Of a DNA stretch of 64,000 bases, positions 1 through 14,800 are shown piece after piece. The stretch's first letter is position 1. Each line of letters begins with the position of its first letter. The notes below the pieces were generated by a model, which worked only from the letters and a program-made list of their open reading frames with translations, searched no databases and was not told the origin of the DNA. The position numbers were made by a program, and so were the translations under genes. Origin of the DNA: Saccostrea echinata (lineage: Eukaryota); the NCBI RefSeq assembly GCF_033153115.1, contig NW_026889803.1, forward strand, positions 11,780,001 through 11,844,000, written 5' to 3'.

Positions 1-143
1 CGGATGTTCAAAAGTTGATTGACTTTAACACACTAGATAACACAAAGATAAGACAGTGTTAAAATTAACCATCTTTCGAACAACCGTGACTGGAATAGAG
101 AGACACATGCTGAATAGTAGTTACTACTTTAGTACTTATTCAG

Positions 144-816
144 CAGGTCCAGTGCAATCAGTACATTTAGCTACGTAGCTAAAATTACCTACTGTAGCTT
201 TATTTACCTACCTCGGGTGGCTTTATTTAGCTATTTCAAGGCAACTTTTCACAATTTTTGCTTTTTATTTTAAAAAGACAAAATGTCGCAAGTAAATGTC
301 TACTAATATTTATTCTAGGTATTATTTAAAATGCAATCTAAAGCAGAGATAGTTTTAACATTGCTGCGTTTGAACACTTTTAAGAAAAATATGTATTTCC
401 ATTGTTTGAGTAACTGTGCACCACCTTGTGTGCGATGAGGCTTGGATAAGTATGATTACTTCACATTGTGCTCATGTTAACCAAAACTGGTTTTCTTTGT
501 TATGTCACTCAAGAAGTAACTGTTAGATCACAAAGTAACTGTTGTATATAGCCCCAAACTTTTTAGAACTTTGATTGCAATTGCGCAGAAAAAGACTTAT
601 CTCCAAGAGTGATTTTTTCATGAATTGTTTTTAGATGAGTTCAAAGTTGAAAATTATCACTGCATCAAAGTGCAATTTTCTGCACTTTCTGGGAAAAATG
701 CTAATTTAATAAATAAGTTTGATTTAGTAGCTAAATAAAGCTACTTCAGGTAGGTAAATAAAGCTATGTAGGTAAATCCAGCTACATAGCTAAATCTATT
801 GATTGTACCAGACCTG
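144..816. mobile_element. Non-autonomous DNA transposon (MITE) with long imperfect TIRs and 5-bp TSD
   Basis: Left end CAGGTCCAGTGCAATCA..TTTAGCTACGTAGCT mirrors right end AGCTACATAGCTAAAT..TGATTGTACCAGACCTG; subterminal AGCTTTATTTACCTAC repeats are inverted at both ends; TTCAG flanks both sides (139-143, 817-821). Confidence 0.75.
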
Positions 817-1530
817 TTCAGATTGTGTCAATGATTGATGTACCCACCGAATTGTTATTGTCGGTCATACGATACGGATCCATACTGCTTCACTGAAAAA
901 TTCTTGTTGTTAGTGAACTGCTACATAATTTTGTTGTTTTCTTTCAGTGTATACGTGCAAACAAAGTAAAAATATGTCAATTTTTTTCAGCTGAGATCTG
1001 CCATTGTTGTTGTTTTGGAGTTTGATTTAACAGTATGTCGAACCCGGTCAAAATACCATGTACATGTTAGTAAAAGTAACCGGAGAAAAACAGTTAGACA
1101 GCACATAATACATAAAAAATATAAATACACATAAAATATATATTTACCACTGCACAAAAGATAAGTGAATACATATATTTAACGAAAAAAAATCGGGGGG
1201 GGGGGGGGGGGTGCCGAAAACTGGATCTAGAAAAGTAGATAAGATTGAGTTAGGAAGAGGAAATGGGGATGGGGGTGTACAAGCTGCTTTCCTTCAAACA
1301 AATGTTTATGTCTTATCAACTCACAAATAAGGAATGAATGTTTCCTGGTGGGATCCAGTATCATTTTTTTATGTCGCCTGCAGAGCGACACTTAGAGATC
1401 ACTTTGCCAGACTTCTGTTTAGCAGCCCGTCCGTCTGTCTGTCACATCCTATATCTTGAGAATGGATAGAGGTGGGAATTTGATATTTTGCTCATATATT
1501 GCTTGGAACAACCGAACAACGTGGCTTTTG

Positions 1531-2158
1531 CATAGGCGTCGGAAGCAAATTCAAAGTGGGGTGGCTAATTGAAAGTGGGGGGGGGGGTAGATAGAACGTT
1601 CTATCGTTAAAATGATATTGTCCTGCGGACCCGGTTTAACGATAGAATTCGTTCCGTGTATTGGCAATGTTGCAAAATAAACACGGGCGATAACTCGAAC
1701 TCTGTGCATTTTCTATGAACAATCCAGAGAGTTCCGAATGTCAACATGGCGTTAAATTTGAAGCGAGGAAAAAACGTTGACAAAATGAGTTGAATTTTCG
1801 TATTTATATGGATTATTTATTAGGTTAAAAGGCATATACAATCTCAAAAAGGTTTGTTATGATTGATTTGGTAGTTATTTTCAGTGCAACTCCTTTTGTA
1901 TTCTTCAAAATCATTTCGGAGTGGATCCACTCCGATTTGCTACATTGCAAGTATATGGGACGTATTCTAACTGTGGTGAGGGCTTGTCCCGAGACACAGT
2001 TAGATTATTCTAACTAGGGGGGGGGGGGGCTAACCCAAGGAAAAAAGGTAAGCCCCAATTTTCAATGCCTATATTATGTCTATCTTTGCAAAAAAAGTGG
2101 GGGGGGGGGGGGCTAAGCCCCCCCCCCCCTAGCCCCCCCCCCGGTTCCGACGCCTATG
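1531..2158. mobile_element. MITE with 14-bp TIR and 5-bp TSD (hAT5-like), nested in the previous element
   Basis: CATAGGCGTCGGAA ... TTCCGACGCCTATG; TTTTG on both flanks; G/C-run-rich interior. Confidence 0.75.
1588..2017. mobile_element. Small insertion with hairpin ends inside a poly-G run (class uncertain)
   Basis: Splits a G-run; 5' inverted repeat TTCTATCGTTAAA..TTTAACGATAGAA; 3' inverted repeat TATTCTAACTGTG..CACAGTTAGATTA. Confidence 0.5.
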
Positions 2159-3883
2159 TTTTGGATTACTCATCCCTTCACCTTTGAACTTGACCTCTGA
2201 CCTACTTTTCAAAATACACTACAGAACAGATATACAAATATTTTGTGAGTTTCAGAGGTTATTCTGTATACTAATTAGCATGTAGACTGATTGTCCTAAA
2301 ACAATTTTGAAAAATACCAATGCTACAATCCAAGTGACCTTGATCTTTGACCTAAAATTTCAAGAACACTCCGATCCGTTGATTTAACTTTTTTTTTTTA
2401 ATTTTGAGAGACTGTGCTTTGACAACTAGCATATATATGATATTATTAGAACCTCATGACACTTTATTTCAATTTAATTCATCTTAGCTTTGACAGAGGG
2501 TTGAGGATTCCTATTTCATTGTCACATTTTTACAGATATTATTTTAACGATGTTCTACTATCCGTGGATAATTTTTATTTGCATGAACTAAAATGTTCAA
2601 TTGTAAATATTAAATTGCACACACTTTTAAAAATTGCACACAGTTTAGCCTTAATTTAGCTTAATTAATGTATTTAATAAAGCTAAAAAAATATTTAATA
2701 ATAATTTTATTTATGATGCTCAGTATAGCAGGTGACACATACGTTCCTTGGAACACTCTAGTTGTTACTTTACTGACTACTAGTATATAAATCTTACAAA
2801 GCTGAAAATCGTAACACAAGATACAAGATATAAGTATACTTTATGATAGTATATATGCTTTTGGGTTCCATACTTTCATTTATTGATGATAACTTCATGG
2901 AGAATGAAAACGAGGATAAATATCTTTAGTGCTTGAAGTCAGCAGCAAATATACATATGTAGGGATGCATTCTAAGTATATATGTTGTATTTTTTACTAT
3001 TTTTTAACACAAATTGCACATTACAAAATGAAACCGATTTAACAAAATTATTTCTGCCTTAAATAGTCTATATCAATATAAAGAAAAAATCCCCTGGGAC
3101 CAGACAGACTATCCACTTCATTCAAAACCTGAAATACACCAGAGTTGTGATAAATGTACGAGGGTGTCGGGTAAAATCGTGGACAAGTAGAGTGAAAAAT
3201 AATCAACAATGCTTTCTAAAATATTACTATTCATTAGTACATTTTTCTTCAATATACGTTGCAAATTTCCTATAGATATATACTCAAATAAACAAAATAC
3301 GGTTATGTTATATGTGATATCGCCTTACGGCGCATGGATAAAAGGTCAAAGTGTTTAAAGCAACGTCATGTTTCATCTTTGCATAAAAATGTTGGATAAG
3401 CCCCTCTTCAATTCTGGAAATTTCACTGATGCACACACTCGAAATCTTTATTCCTTCATAAGACTTGTAGTATTAAAGTTGAGATATTCACATATGTATT
3501 GTGCAATAAAAATAAAGCCATTTAATTCTAATCATCATTGCCTTCCTTACAGTTTCAAAAATTTCAATTAGGACATTTTTTGCCGTTTTGAAGCAGTTAA
3601 TTTAATGCTGCAGCAATTTGAAAACACCTTCATTCATGTATACACGCATTTGATTTTAGAGAATTTGAAAATTTAGGATCTACCTCATATTGTGTTGTGA
3701 ATACCCCGATTTCATAGCCTCAGGCGACATTTGAGATTTATTACAAACCTACCCAAGCATCTCAATATAAATATTTTTGTAGAAGCTCTCATATTTGGTA
3801 TCACGAACATCAATATGAACTGGTGTAGACTTACACTACAATTGGGACACAGCACACTGTTGTTATAATTTTAAACGTCATCC

Positions 3884-6800
3884 ATGATAAGAAGAATTTC
3901 GTTTCTGAAAAATTTGGAGAAGACGAATTTAAAATGGAATTTTCCATTTTATCGATCACAACACACCGGTACCGTTGTCAGCCCCGAGAAAGACGGGGGG
4001 CTTTTGTCAGATCAGGAGGTCTCGCCTGGGACTCTGGACTTTGACGATGCCGTGAAAGCTTGCCGATCTCAGACGACTTGGGATCTTTTGCGAGCTCTTC
4101 TTATTTTCAAAGTCTGTTCGTTTGAGAAATTTGTCGAAAATAATTATACGGTAAGTTTTAAAAGAAATAATTAATGAAATTATGTGACTAAATGAAACCG
4201 TATATAAGCTTACATCCATGAAAAGAGGAATGTTCTCTACCTGGAAGATTTTGCAGCTTTATATACATATACATGTGTATAATTATAAATATGCAATGGT
4301 TTTCCAAGATATCATTTGATTGAATATGATAGCACTGATTTAAAGTAAATAGCTACTTGTCAGAGCGAAAATTTGGAATCATTTTAACATTTCTGCTACA
4401 ACTATGAAATATGGTAATATTACTAGGTAAATCTTTGCTACGCTAAATTACACTTCCAATATCCCCCCCTCCCCCCCAATTCATTGCTGTAACTTTCCTT
4501 GTTTAGATTCTTACGTAAAGAAAGTTTTTTATACAGATTTTGTCATGGAGCCGTAGTCTAATGGGCCGACCGCTATTCAACACGATAATGCGTCCAACAA
4601 TCTATAAACAATTTGTGGGAGGCGATGACGTCACATCTTTCCAGGCAACTGTTAATCGTCTGCAAGCTGCAGGAATGGGGCCACTCGTCATGGTGACACT
4701 GGAAGAAGACGTTAAAGACGACGGACCGTAAGGAGAGAGAGAGAGAGATTTGTTGAAAAATGACTGTTTTATTCATGAAGATCTTTAATATATTGATATA
4801 CATATTTTCATAAAATTTCAATTTAGGGTAAAGTTACCGAGTTCTCTGACAATTTTGGGACTCGGTGTATTTTATGTTTTCCTATTTTACAGAGATGCTG
4901 ATCAGCTTTTTGACAGAAATTTGAAGATAATGGTCGACTGTATGGAAGTGACATCTTCTCTTGGAAGCCAGAATCCAATGATGCAAATCAAACCGTCTGG
5001 ACTGTTCCCTCTTCATCTCTGTGTTCGTATGATCATTTTACATTTATCCGCAGGAAGTTCAATAACCCATTTTTCTCAAATAACTATAAATGATCTCTTA
5101 TAAAGAAAATATAAGAAGCCCAGGTACATTGTCACGAGTCTTAAGTCTGTACAAAGGTTGTCAGTGTCAAATTTTACCCAGCAAGTGTTAATTATGACAG
5201 GAAAAATAGATAACATTAAAAAAAACTTGCATGAATCAAATTACTTTTTACAAACTATGATTGTTAATTTTTTACCACAAGGTTCATTTTCATTTTCGAC
5301 AAAACAGAGAATGGTTTCGAGTGAAGTTCCATATCCCAACAAGAAACCAGAAGTGGTAGAGAAAGTAGCGAACGCCATGCATACATCCAAAGAGGTAGGA
5401 ATATATTATTCTGACAATTTCGATTCTCGAGCCGCCGAAATATGGCTGAGATATTGCCAACATGTCGTTAAGCAATAATTAATCAAGCGAGTTAACTCTG
5501 GAATATTCTTAAAATGTCTTTGTGTGAAAATGGATAACTGTTCAAAAGTACCAATTTACGATTAAACAAAATCTGTTCTTGTAGATAACAGAGCTGGGAA
5601 ACTTGTCATCTGTCGAACTCACACAACTGAACAAAGCGTTACAGAGGGTGAAACAGATTTGCAAGGTAACACTGATTTTGTGGTTTTAACCTGCCTAATT
5701 TTGACAATAATAAAACCAAAAGTGTTGAACTTATATTTAATAAGTTTTAATTATAGGTTGCCATGGAGAAAAACGTGATCATAATGGTGGATGCAGAGTA
5801 CACGTATTTGAACCCGTGTCTAAATTTATTGGCTCTTGCCATGATGCTGAACAGTAACGGTTCCGCTCCACTTGTATTTTATACCCACCAAAATTACCTC
5901 AAGGTCAGTTGTCTTGAAATTTGTGTCTTAAAATATTTTTGTTTGAAGAAAATGTAATAAAGTTTATTTTTTAGGAAACTCCAGATATTCTGTCGAAAGA
6001 CATCGCATTGGTACAGGCACATGGTGTATCCTTTGGTTCCAAACTTGTGCGCGGTGCTTACTTGTATAAAGAAAGATCGCTGGCGAAGGAGAAAGGCTAC
6101 TCCGATCCTGTTTGCGAAACTTTCGAGAAAACTACCGAAAATTACAATCGTTCTATGGACATTATGTTGGATAACATTGCGAAGTATCCTGGGAAATTCA
6201 GCACGATAATTGCTTCGCACAACGAGGATACCATTAAAAGAGGAATATCCAAGTGAGTGTGTAACTTGTGACCCTCCCCAGTATAACTTTGTTGACATAC
6301 TATTTTTCTTTTTTTTTCTTTTTTGCTACGTAGAAACAAAATGTAATGTTGTCTGTTTCTTGAATGATATTTTTTAAAATAAAGCGTAAGAGCATTTATC
6401 TCATAAAACATAATTTTGCTTCATGTCCTTGTACAGTTCTTAACTTATATTTTCACTAAACAGTAACTAGTAGGAACAGCAAAACAGCTCACTAGATGTT
6501 GATGATTGAATATGATTAAATAAGGATACCGGTATCTATGTTTAGAGAAATAATAGAAGGTATCTGTGTTACCTAAGTGTTCTTTTTGAATCCTACTGTG
6601 ATGATAAAACTTACAAGATATATACTAGTACAATGTATATAAAAAATCATGCATATATACATACAAATGATTTTATAAACGGTATTTCAGATTGACTGAG
6701 CTTGGAATTCCTCGAAGAGGCACAGAGCAAAAGGTTTTCTTTGGTCAACTTTATGGAATGTCTGATTTCATTTCACAATCTCTAGGTAACACATTCATAA

Positions 6801-7753
6801 ATTTTACAAAAATTTAGCAAGCGATATCAACCCCTTGCAACAAGGTTGCCTGTGGATGTCGTTATTGTGGACAGTAAAAAAGTACTATTTAGTACTTTCA
6901 ATCTCCATTACGCCACAGAGATTGAAGATGCCTTGAAGAAAGCCTTTTGAATTAGGGATCAAGGTCAAGGTTAAGGTCAAGTTCAAAACAGTGAGATTTT
7001 GACAATTTTGGAGAAAAAGGTTTTAGAGTCCGACACCTACTTGTGAGACATTTAAACAACATGCACAGAGGAAGATGGATATTGAATACCTTAAATTGCA
7101 CAAAAGCGCAAAAGGAATATTGGACACGGTCAGTCGTTATTAAGGAGATGTAGAGTTCCATTTGACCTTTTAGACTGACATTCTCTTAAGGACAAATATT
7201 ATAGATTTCATAAACATGGAGAAATCAAAACGTTAAAAAATGTTTATAATGTTTTAAAATAATGCATGTTTGCTTTGTCATTCTTCACATAGAGAATAAC
7301 AGGAAGATAATTTTGTTCAAGTAATAGATATAGCAATATTATACGAATCTTGTGTTATTTCCAATAAAACTTGTGATGTAGCTGAAAACTCTTGTGACTG
7401 ATATTCAAAAACTTTAATTTATATTAAGTTTTGAATAATCACAAGATTTTGCATATAAATCACAAAATCACAAGCTTTGTATGGTATTGCAATGTTTAAC
7501 ACGCCATAGGCGATTGTTCCTTGAATTTAGCGTACACAAAATATGTTCAAACTTTGATTAATAAATATCTTGCATTTCATCAGGTCAGGCTGGCTACATG
7601 ATTCACAAGTCCATTCCTTATGGCACCATTGACGAAGCTCTTCCCTACCTGTCCAGACGAGTCAGTGAAAATAGTTCCATATTTGGTGGAATCAGACGAG
7701 AGCGCAAAATCATCCGCAAAGCCCTTGCTGACCGTTTACGTTTACGTTCGTAA
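3884..7753 (+). CDS. PRODH2: Mitochondrial proline/hydroxyproline dehydrogenase (PRODH2-like), copy 1, ~481 aa
   Basis: Exons 3884-4150, 4537-4727, 4893-5022, 5308-5394, 5585-5665, 5757-5903, 5975-6252, 6691-6785, 7584-7753, all GT-AG and phase-consistent. Motifs YKQFVGG, VDAEYTY, QNYLK, KLVRGAY, ASHN, FGQLYGM, KSIPYG, PYLSRRVSEN. Basic N-terminus resembles a mitochondrial presequence. AATAAA near 7867. Confidence 0.9.
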
Positions 7754-8380
7754 CGATACGGTGATCCTCTCTATGGTGGAACGTAATCTTTTAGAATATG
7801 AATGGACAAACATCAAATTATATGCTTCAAGATATCTTCTTCCATTTTGCCCATATAAAACCAACAAATAAAAAGTATGCTAAAATGTTAAAACTATGAC
7901 TATAATGTTTTTAATTATGTTTCGGTAAATGATCACTAAAATTTAGTGTTTTTTTAATTCCTATTACTATTGATTATTTGTTTATTTTGTTAACCTCTGC
8001 TATTATACACCAAATACATCCTAAAATTTAATGATATTAACCCCCACCCCCGAAAGTTAAAAAGGGTTAAATAATAAATTGTAAAATAAATAACTATAAA
8101 ACTTCGACAATTTTTTTTTTTGCCTTTTGTAATTACTTGTACATATTTTAATTGCATATTGTATTATATGTATATTTACATGCATTAATTTCATATATGT
8201 ATCGAGCTTTAAGTATATAATTTATTGATTCTACAATCTTCTTAAGTTATCGTAAACATCTTTATTACATTTATTTAAATAAAATTGTAGATTGAAATTT
8301 TTTCTCGTTTTTAAAAAATTATCTGTAGAAACATCATTGTACTAAAGTAACTAAACGCATATTTACTTTATCAGACATGA

Positions 8381-9544
8381 AAATCCAAGGAATTTTTAGG
8401 AAATTTGAAACCACAAAATTTCACCAAAATCGAAATCAACAACATCAAAACGACTTTTCAACTTTATACAACCATTCCCCACGATAGATTTAAGTCCAAG
8501 CTTTTTGACATCAATGACAGCTGGTTTTTCAAAAAAAAAAATCAGAACTCGTAAATTTACTTGTCATTGGTCATTTGCAACATTATTTTGTTAAAACAAT
8601 ATTCTGATTGTACACACAAGTACTCTGAAGTTGACATTAAAAAGATGCTTGTGTTTCTGATTGACAATATCTGTGTAGTTTTTGGAGACCAGGTCTTCCA
8701 ACAATCTGTCGGAATTCCCATGGATACCAATTGCAACCCGTTATTAGCAAATCTATTTTTGTATTCATATCGAGCAGAATTTATTCAAAATCCTAAACAT
8801 GAGAAGAAAAAGCAAAAAAAAAAAACACTTGCTGTGGCCTTCAACTCAACATTTAGATATATCGACGACGTATTATTAATCAACAACTGCTACTTCCATT
8901 CATATGTCGACTCGATATATCCCAGTGAGCTTCAAATAAAAGATACCACAAAGTCTGACATATCTGATTCATATCTGGATATTTTACTAGAAAAAGACTT
9001 TAATGGTAACCTTACAACCAAGCTTTATGATAAACGTGATGACTTCAACTTTTGAATCGTCAACTTCCCTTACTTATGTAGCAATATACCCTTATCACCC
9101 GCATATGAGGTTTATGTCTCTCAGTTGATTCGATACACAAGAGCATGCTCTACGTACGAACAATTTCTAAAAACAAGGCAAGCTATTGACAATTAAAGTG
9201 ATAAAACAAGAATATCAACAGTCATCATTTCGCAAGTTCTATGGTCGATACAATGGCCTTGTCAGCAAATTAAATCTATCATTAAGTCAAATGCTGACTG
9301 ATGTTTTTCATACTAATTGTTAAGCCATTTTTTCAACACTGAATTGTCTACGGATTTTTCTGTTTTCCCGATCATGATAAGGAGCACACGGCGGGTGTGA
9401 CCGGTCGGCAAGGGATGCTCACTCCTCCATAGCACCTGATCCAACCTCTGATGTTTTAGAGGTCCGTGTTTGCTCCGCTCCTGATTTGTATTGTTTGAAT
9501 GGACTTTTAAGCTTGAATACTGTTCTTTATCTCCATATTTCATT
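8381..9544 (+). mobile_element. 5'-truncated, decayed Penelope-like retroelement (Naiad-type RT 3' half)
   Basis: RT motifs QQSVGIPMDTNC, FRYIDD, YLDI, LYDKRDDFNF; frameshifts; family 3' tail ending TATCTCCATATTTCATT shared with five other copies in the window. Confidence 0.85.
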
Positions 9545-11133
9545 GAAAGAGTGAAAAATCATAGGAGATTCACAAAGTTTCTGGACTTCATTCATCATGA
9601 TAATATGCTCTTTTTACCTCGGAAATATAGCTGAAATACTGCCGACTCGACGTAAAACAACAGACAATTGATCAACCCAGACTGTTATAAGTATTATTAA
9701 GCAGTCCAACTGAACAACAGATATAACGTTACAGTTTAGAATGATTGGTACACATAAGGTCCGTACTGACGCTGTAATTAATACCATGCAATCAACCTCA
9801 TACAATTTTTATTGTATGAAATTCACTGTACACACGCTGTAATGAATTGTATACATTTTTTCTATTTTCCCTCCAAAATCATACATTTACAACAAAGTTG
9901 TATTGAAGACTACATCCAGACAAGTCAAACGTAGTTGTCGTAATGAAACTTATGGACAATACCTTGTATAATGCAACTAAGAATGTTAAGGCGGTATGTA
10001 TGGACCTTTAGTTCATGTCATTTCGAAAGACAGACCAGGAAATATATTTACGTTACATTTATTTACAAAATGCGAAACAAAATGCGAAAATGCAATAAAA
10101 AAGAGTAAATATTATGCCTAATATTGTAAACAATAGACCAGCTGAAACCACATGCATTTTGAAAAGATACGTTATAATATACCCCTTTCTAGGTTAAAGA
10201 ACGCGCGGATTTCTATAATAGATGCTTATTTTTGTGTAAATATAGGTGGTTTCAAATTTCTCGTAAAAAGAGACCCTTTCATATATTGTTCCTTATATTT
10301 AGGGGATGATATCGTGTGTTTACTGCAATAAAATTTTTGAATGCCTTACTAAGTGAAATCACATATGATATAACAATGGGAAAAAAGTATAAATATGAAA
10401 TGCTGAAAAGATGTTAAGTATATACTAAAAAGCTGAGGGGGTGGGAGAGAGGAAGAAATAAGTTTAAGACAAATCACAAACTCACAGCAAATCAGGGAAC
10501 TCACCTCACCCAAATTTCCTTTTATTTCCTTTTATTTAATGTAAATAAGGAGTCCCTTATTTACATTTGAGAAAAATGGAACAGTTTTGATAAGAATAAT
10601 TTTGTAACTATAATGCCACTAAATACTTATTCTTTCATGCATTTATCTTTCATAGGGAAATTAAGGTGTATTTGTTTTACATGTTGCTCAAGAAAACTAT
10701 ACATTGTTAGTCTCCCCTTTACGTGCAACATCAAAACTTGTTCCCTTCTGTAAATAAATAGGTTCTCTGCTACTTTCCTATCTTTTTTTTTTTTTTACTG
10801 AGATTTGCAATAATAATTTGTAGACAAATACCCAAACGTTAATTTTCCCCGTTTTGACCTCGAATAACACCCATACCTTGTGTATGCCCTTTCTTCCGTT
10901 TGACACATGCTGCGTTCACATGCTCTTGAGATTATGCGGACTATAAGTCCATTATGCATTACCCCAAAACGTTCTTCCAATAAGAATGAAAAGAAGTAGG
11001 TATACTTGAATAAATGGTGTGTCATGGCCCTGAAGTTTCCTAATCCACTGTGGTCTTTTTACTGTTTGCCACCTGTAAAAAATGTGAAAATCGGACAAAT
11101 ATCAAATAATTTACATACGCGTCCAAATAGCAC

Positions 11134-11270
11134 NNNNNNNNNNNNNNNNNNNNNNNNNNNNNNNNNNNNNNNNNNNNNNNNNNNNNNNNNNNNNNNNNNN
11201 NNNNNNNNNNNNNNNNNNNNNNNNNNNNNNNNNNNNNNNNNNNNNNNNNNNNNNNNNNNNNNNNNNNNNN
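11134..11270. other. Assembly gap
   Basis: Run of N. Confidence 1.
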
Positions 11271-11890
11271 AATGATTTTTCTGCATGTTGAACTTTAAGT
11301 TTAATTGACTATCTATAATATACGATATGAAACTGAGTGATATCACAGCCCCTTGTATCTTTCTCTGTCATTTGATAGCTAAACAGTTTCTATGTCCGTA
11401 TCAATTTTCAACTCTGGAACAAGTGTGAATCAAGTTACATCAGATTCGCTATGTTTTGACGGTGACCAAAATGGAAAGGGGGAGGGGGAGTGTCAATCGC
11501 CCATGTCTTTATTTTTATTTTCGAAAAAATATGTGTACCATATGTGGAAATAATCACCTACCTAACACCTTTCCCCCAAAATGCAGTAAACCAGGCAAAT
11601 TTTATTGAAAAGTTATTGTTATATTTGCTCTGCAGTGTCCTGGGTAAATGGCAGGAATCTATTTATGTAAGCTGGTCTGAAAAAAATATCTACTCCACAG
11701 TTTATTGCTGATACTCGAATTTGTTGGCCATGGATGACATTTGGGTCTATTACGAATTACCCAAGCGTCCCAAACAAAATATTTTTGTAAAGCTCTTTTT
11801 CTGGATATCAGAAACCTGGATATGATCTGCTGTAGACTGACACTAGCATGATAAACATAAAAAGTTTTTACTGAATTTTCAACTTCAGCA

Positions 11891-14800
11891 ATGCTAAGTA
11901 GAATTTCAGTGCTAAAAAATCTCAAAGAAGGGAATCTAAAGTGGTGCTTTCCATTTTATCGTCATCAACACACTATTGCGGATCCTAATAAGGACCATGT
12001 ACGTGTTCCAGAAAATACTGCGCAACTTCTGGAGTTTGAAGATGCTGTCAAAGCTTGCCAATCGCAGACAAGCTTGGAACTTTTGAGAGCTCTTCTTATT
12101 TTCAACGTTTGTTCGGTTGAGAAATTTGTTAAAAACAATTACAAGGTAAGACGTTAAATGTTTCAATAGTAAGTGTAAAGTATACTATAGGTAGAATTGG
12201 TAATTTTTCCAATAATGTTCTTTGGATAATTTTGAAATGATATCACATAAGATTTCAGTGTTTTCAAGTATCATTTCACATACAAAAAAAGTTTCCGATA
12301 GAATTACTTTAGAACTGGTTAACTTTCATCGTACATTTACCACCCCTTTTAAAGTATCATGTACGACCGAACTAGGACTTGCAAATTCGCTTTCTCTTTT
12401 TGTGAAATCTTGACTAAGTAGTCTAACAAACAACCAAAATTTTAAAAACCAATAGAATAAAAAAATATTTTTGGACCTAGAGCGATGATTTTGAAAAAGA
12501 ATGGCGACTTTTTATAGCTAAAAAATACCGATAAATATTTTTGAGATAAACTAATGGATAATTACAAATCGAACGCTCTCATAACGACAAAAATAGTTTA
12601 TATCATAGTAAGTGAATAAAATAGATATGCTACACATGAAACATGTGCCATTCTGCAATACACAATAAAAGGAATTCTTGAATTATGAAAATGGTAATAA
12701 TAAAAACAGATTTTCGTTTCCAAAGCAACGACACATGTCATTCTCAAATCCAATTTTAATAATTTTATATTTGATTCAATTAAGATTCTCTCATGGAGTC
12801 GTCGACTAATGGGCAGACCATTATTCAATATGATTATGCGTCCTACCTTCTACAGACAATTTGTGGGAGGTCATGATCTTACATCCCTTCAAACGACGGT
12901 GGATCGTCTGCAAGCTGCAGGAATTGGACCATTCGTCATGGTGGCACTGGAGGAAGACGTTAAAGATGACGGACCGTAAGAGAAAGATTTTTTTTCTTTC
13001 TTTTACAAATATTGTTTTATTGCTGAAGCTTAATAATGGCTGTACATTTGCAGATCATTAATAAATTCTACAGAAAATTAATTTTATAATATTTTTTAAA
13101 TTTTATTTAAGAGATGATTTTATCTAATCAAAACAAGAATTTTTTTTACATATTATAAAGGAGCGTATTTTACAGAGATGCTGATCAGATATTTGAAAAA
13201 AATCTTAAGATAATGCTGGACTGTGTGGAAATGACGTCAAAACTGGGGAGCCAGAATCCAATGATCCACATCAAAACGTCTGGATTGTTCCCTCTTGATT
13301 TTTGTGTTTGTATTGAAAATTTACGTTTCAACCATTCTCATCATGTTTATTAGATTTTATCCTTGATAAAAATACATAATGCAATGTAAAACTGGCATAC
13401 TTATGTAACTTATATATGTTGCCATCGCTCTAAAATTCACACGGATGGAATAATATATAGTAAAGACGTAATCAAGGTGTTTTTATTTAATAATGGAATA
13501 AATTGAAGCTTTCTTTGCAATTTTTATTTCTTTCTCTCTAAATTGTATTTGTTTAATTTTTTTTGTTTTTTAAAATCAAAACGACAACATAGAAAGCGAT
13601 TTCAGTGGAAATTCCACGTCCAAATGCCCAACAAAATGTAGTGGAGAAAATTGCGAACTCCATGAACACCTCCAATGAGGTAGGAAATATATGCTCATAC
13701 AATCTTATTCCAGCAGTTAATTCCAAAGAAATCATTTATGTTTTGAAAACTTTCACACGGAAAGAAAATACATTTAAATTCATGAGATTATTTGAAAACA
13801 AATGTATTTCTCTGGCAGATAACAGAGCTGGGAAACCTGTCATCTGTAAAACTCGAACAGTTGAACAAAGCGTTATACAGAATGAAACAGATTTGTGAGG
13901 TAACGTCTTAAAAAGTGAAGAGTATTTAAAGAAAGTGTTTTATACATAAAATCATTTTTTTTAAATTAAAGGTTGCTAAGGGGAAAAACGTAATAGTTAT
14001 GGTGGATGCAGAGTACACTTACCTGAACCCGTGTCTAAATTTAATGACGCTGGCCATGATGCTGAACAGTAACGGTTCCGCTCCACTTGTATTTTATACC
14101 TACCAAAATTACCTCAAGGTCAGTTGTCTTCGATTTCTTTAGATCATACAATAAGCTTCATTTTAGAAAACTTGTCTCAATTTTATTCTTGACAGGAAAC
14201 TCCAAATATTCTTGCAAAGGACATCGCATTAGTCCAAGCACATGGCGTATCCTTTGGTGCTAAACTTGTGCGTGGTGCTTATTTGCATAAAGAAAGGTCG
14301 CTGGCAAAGGAGAAAGGTTATCCTGATCCCGTTTGCGAAACATTCGACAAAACGTCCGAGAATTACAATCGTTCCATGGACATTATGTTGGATAACATCG
14401 CAGAGTATCCTGGGAAATTCAGCACGATAATTGCTTCGCACAACGAAGCCACTCTTAAGAGAGCAATATATAGGTAAGCGTGCAAACTATTCAAAGAACG
14501 AATACAGTGTAGATGTGACCCATGATGACTACATATTTATTACAAAATGACGTAATTTAAGATGTGCACTTGTCGGTGACAGCTTTAAGTTCTCGATGTT
14601 ATATTTCATCTACAAAGAGCCTTGGAAAGAAGGGATGTGAATAAACTTTGAGTGTAACACTAACAAGAAAATATATGTGTATGAAAAAATCGATTCTGGG
14701 GCAAATATAATAGGCGTTCATTTCTCGATTTACATATCATCGTCTCCAAAACAGAAAATTGAAAAAAAAATTGTTTAAAAAAAAAAACAAAAACAAAAGC

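Larger units (their letters stand above)
1365..2763 (-). mobile_element. Helentron/HINE-like non-autonomous element hosting nested insertions
   Basis: T-run followed by TGTCGCCTGC (1372-1381) with inverted partner GCAGGTGACA near 2728; (GTCC/GTCT)n microsatellite at ~1428-1445; TGACCTT-type internal motifs. Confidence 0.5.
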
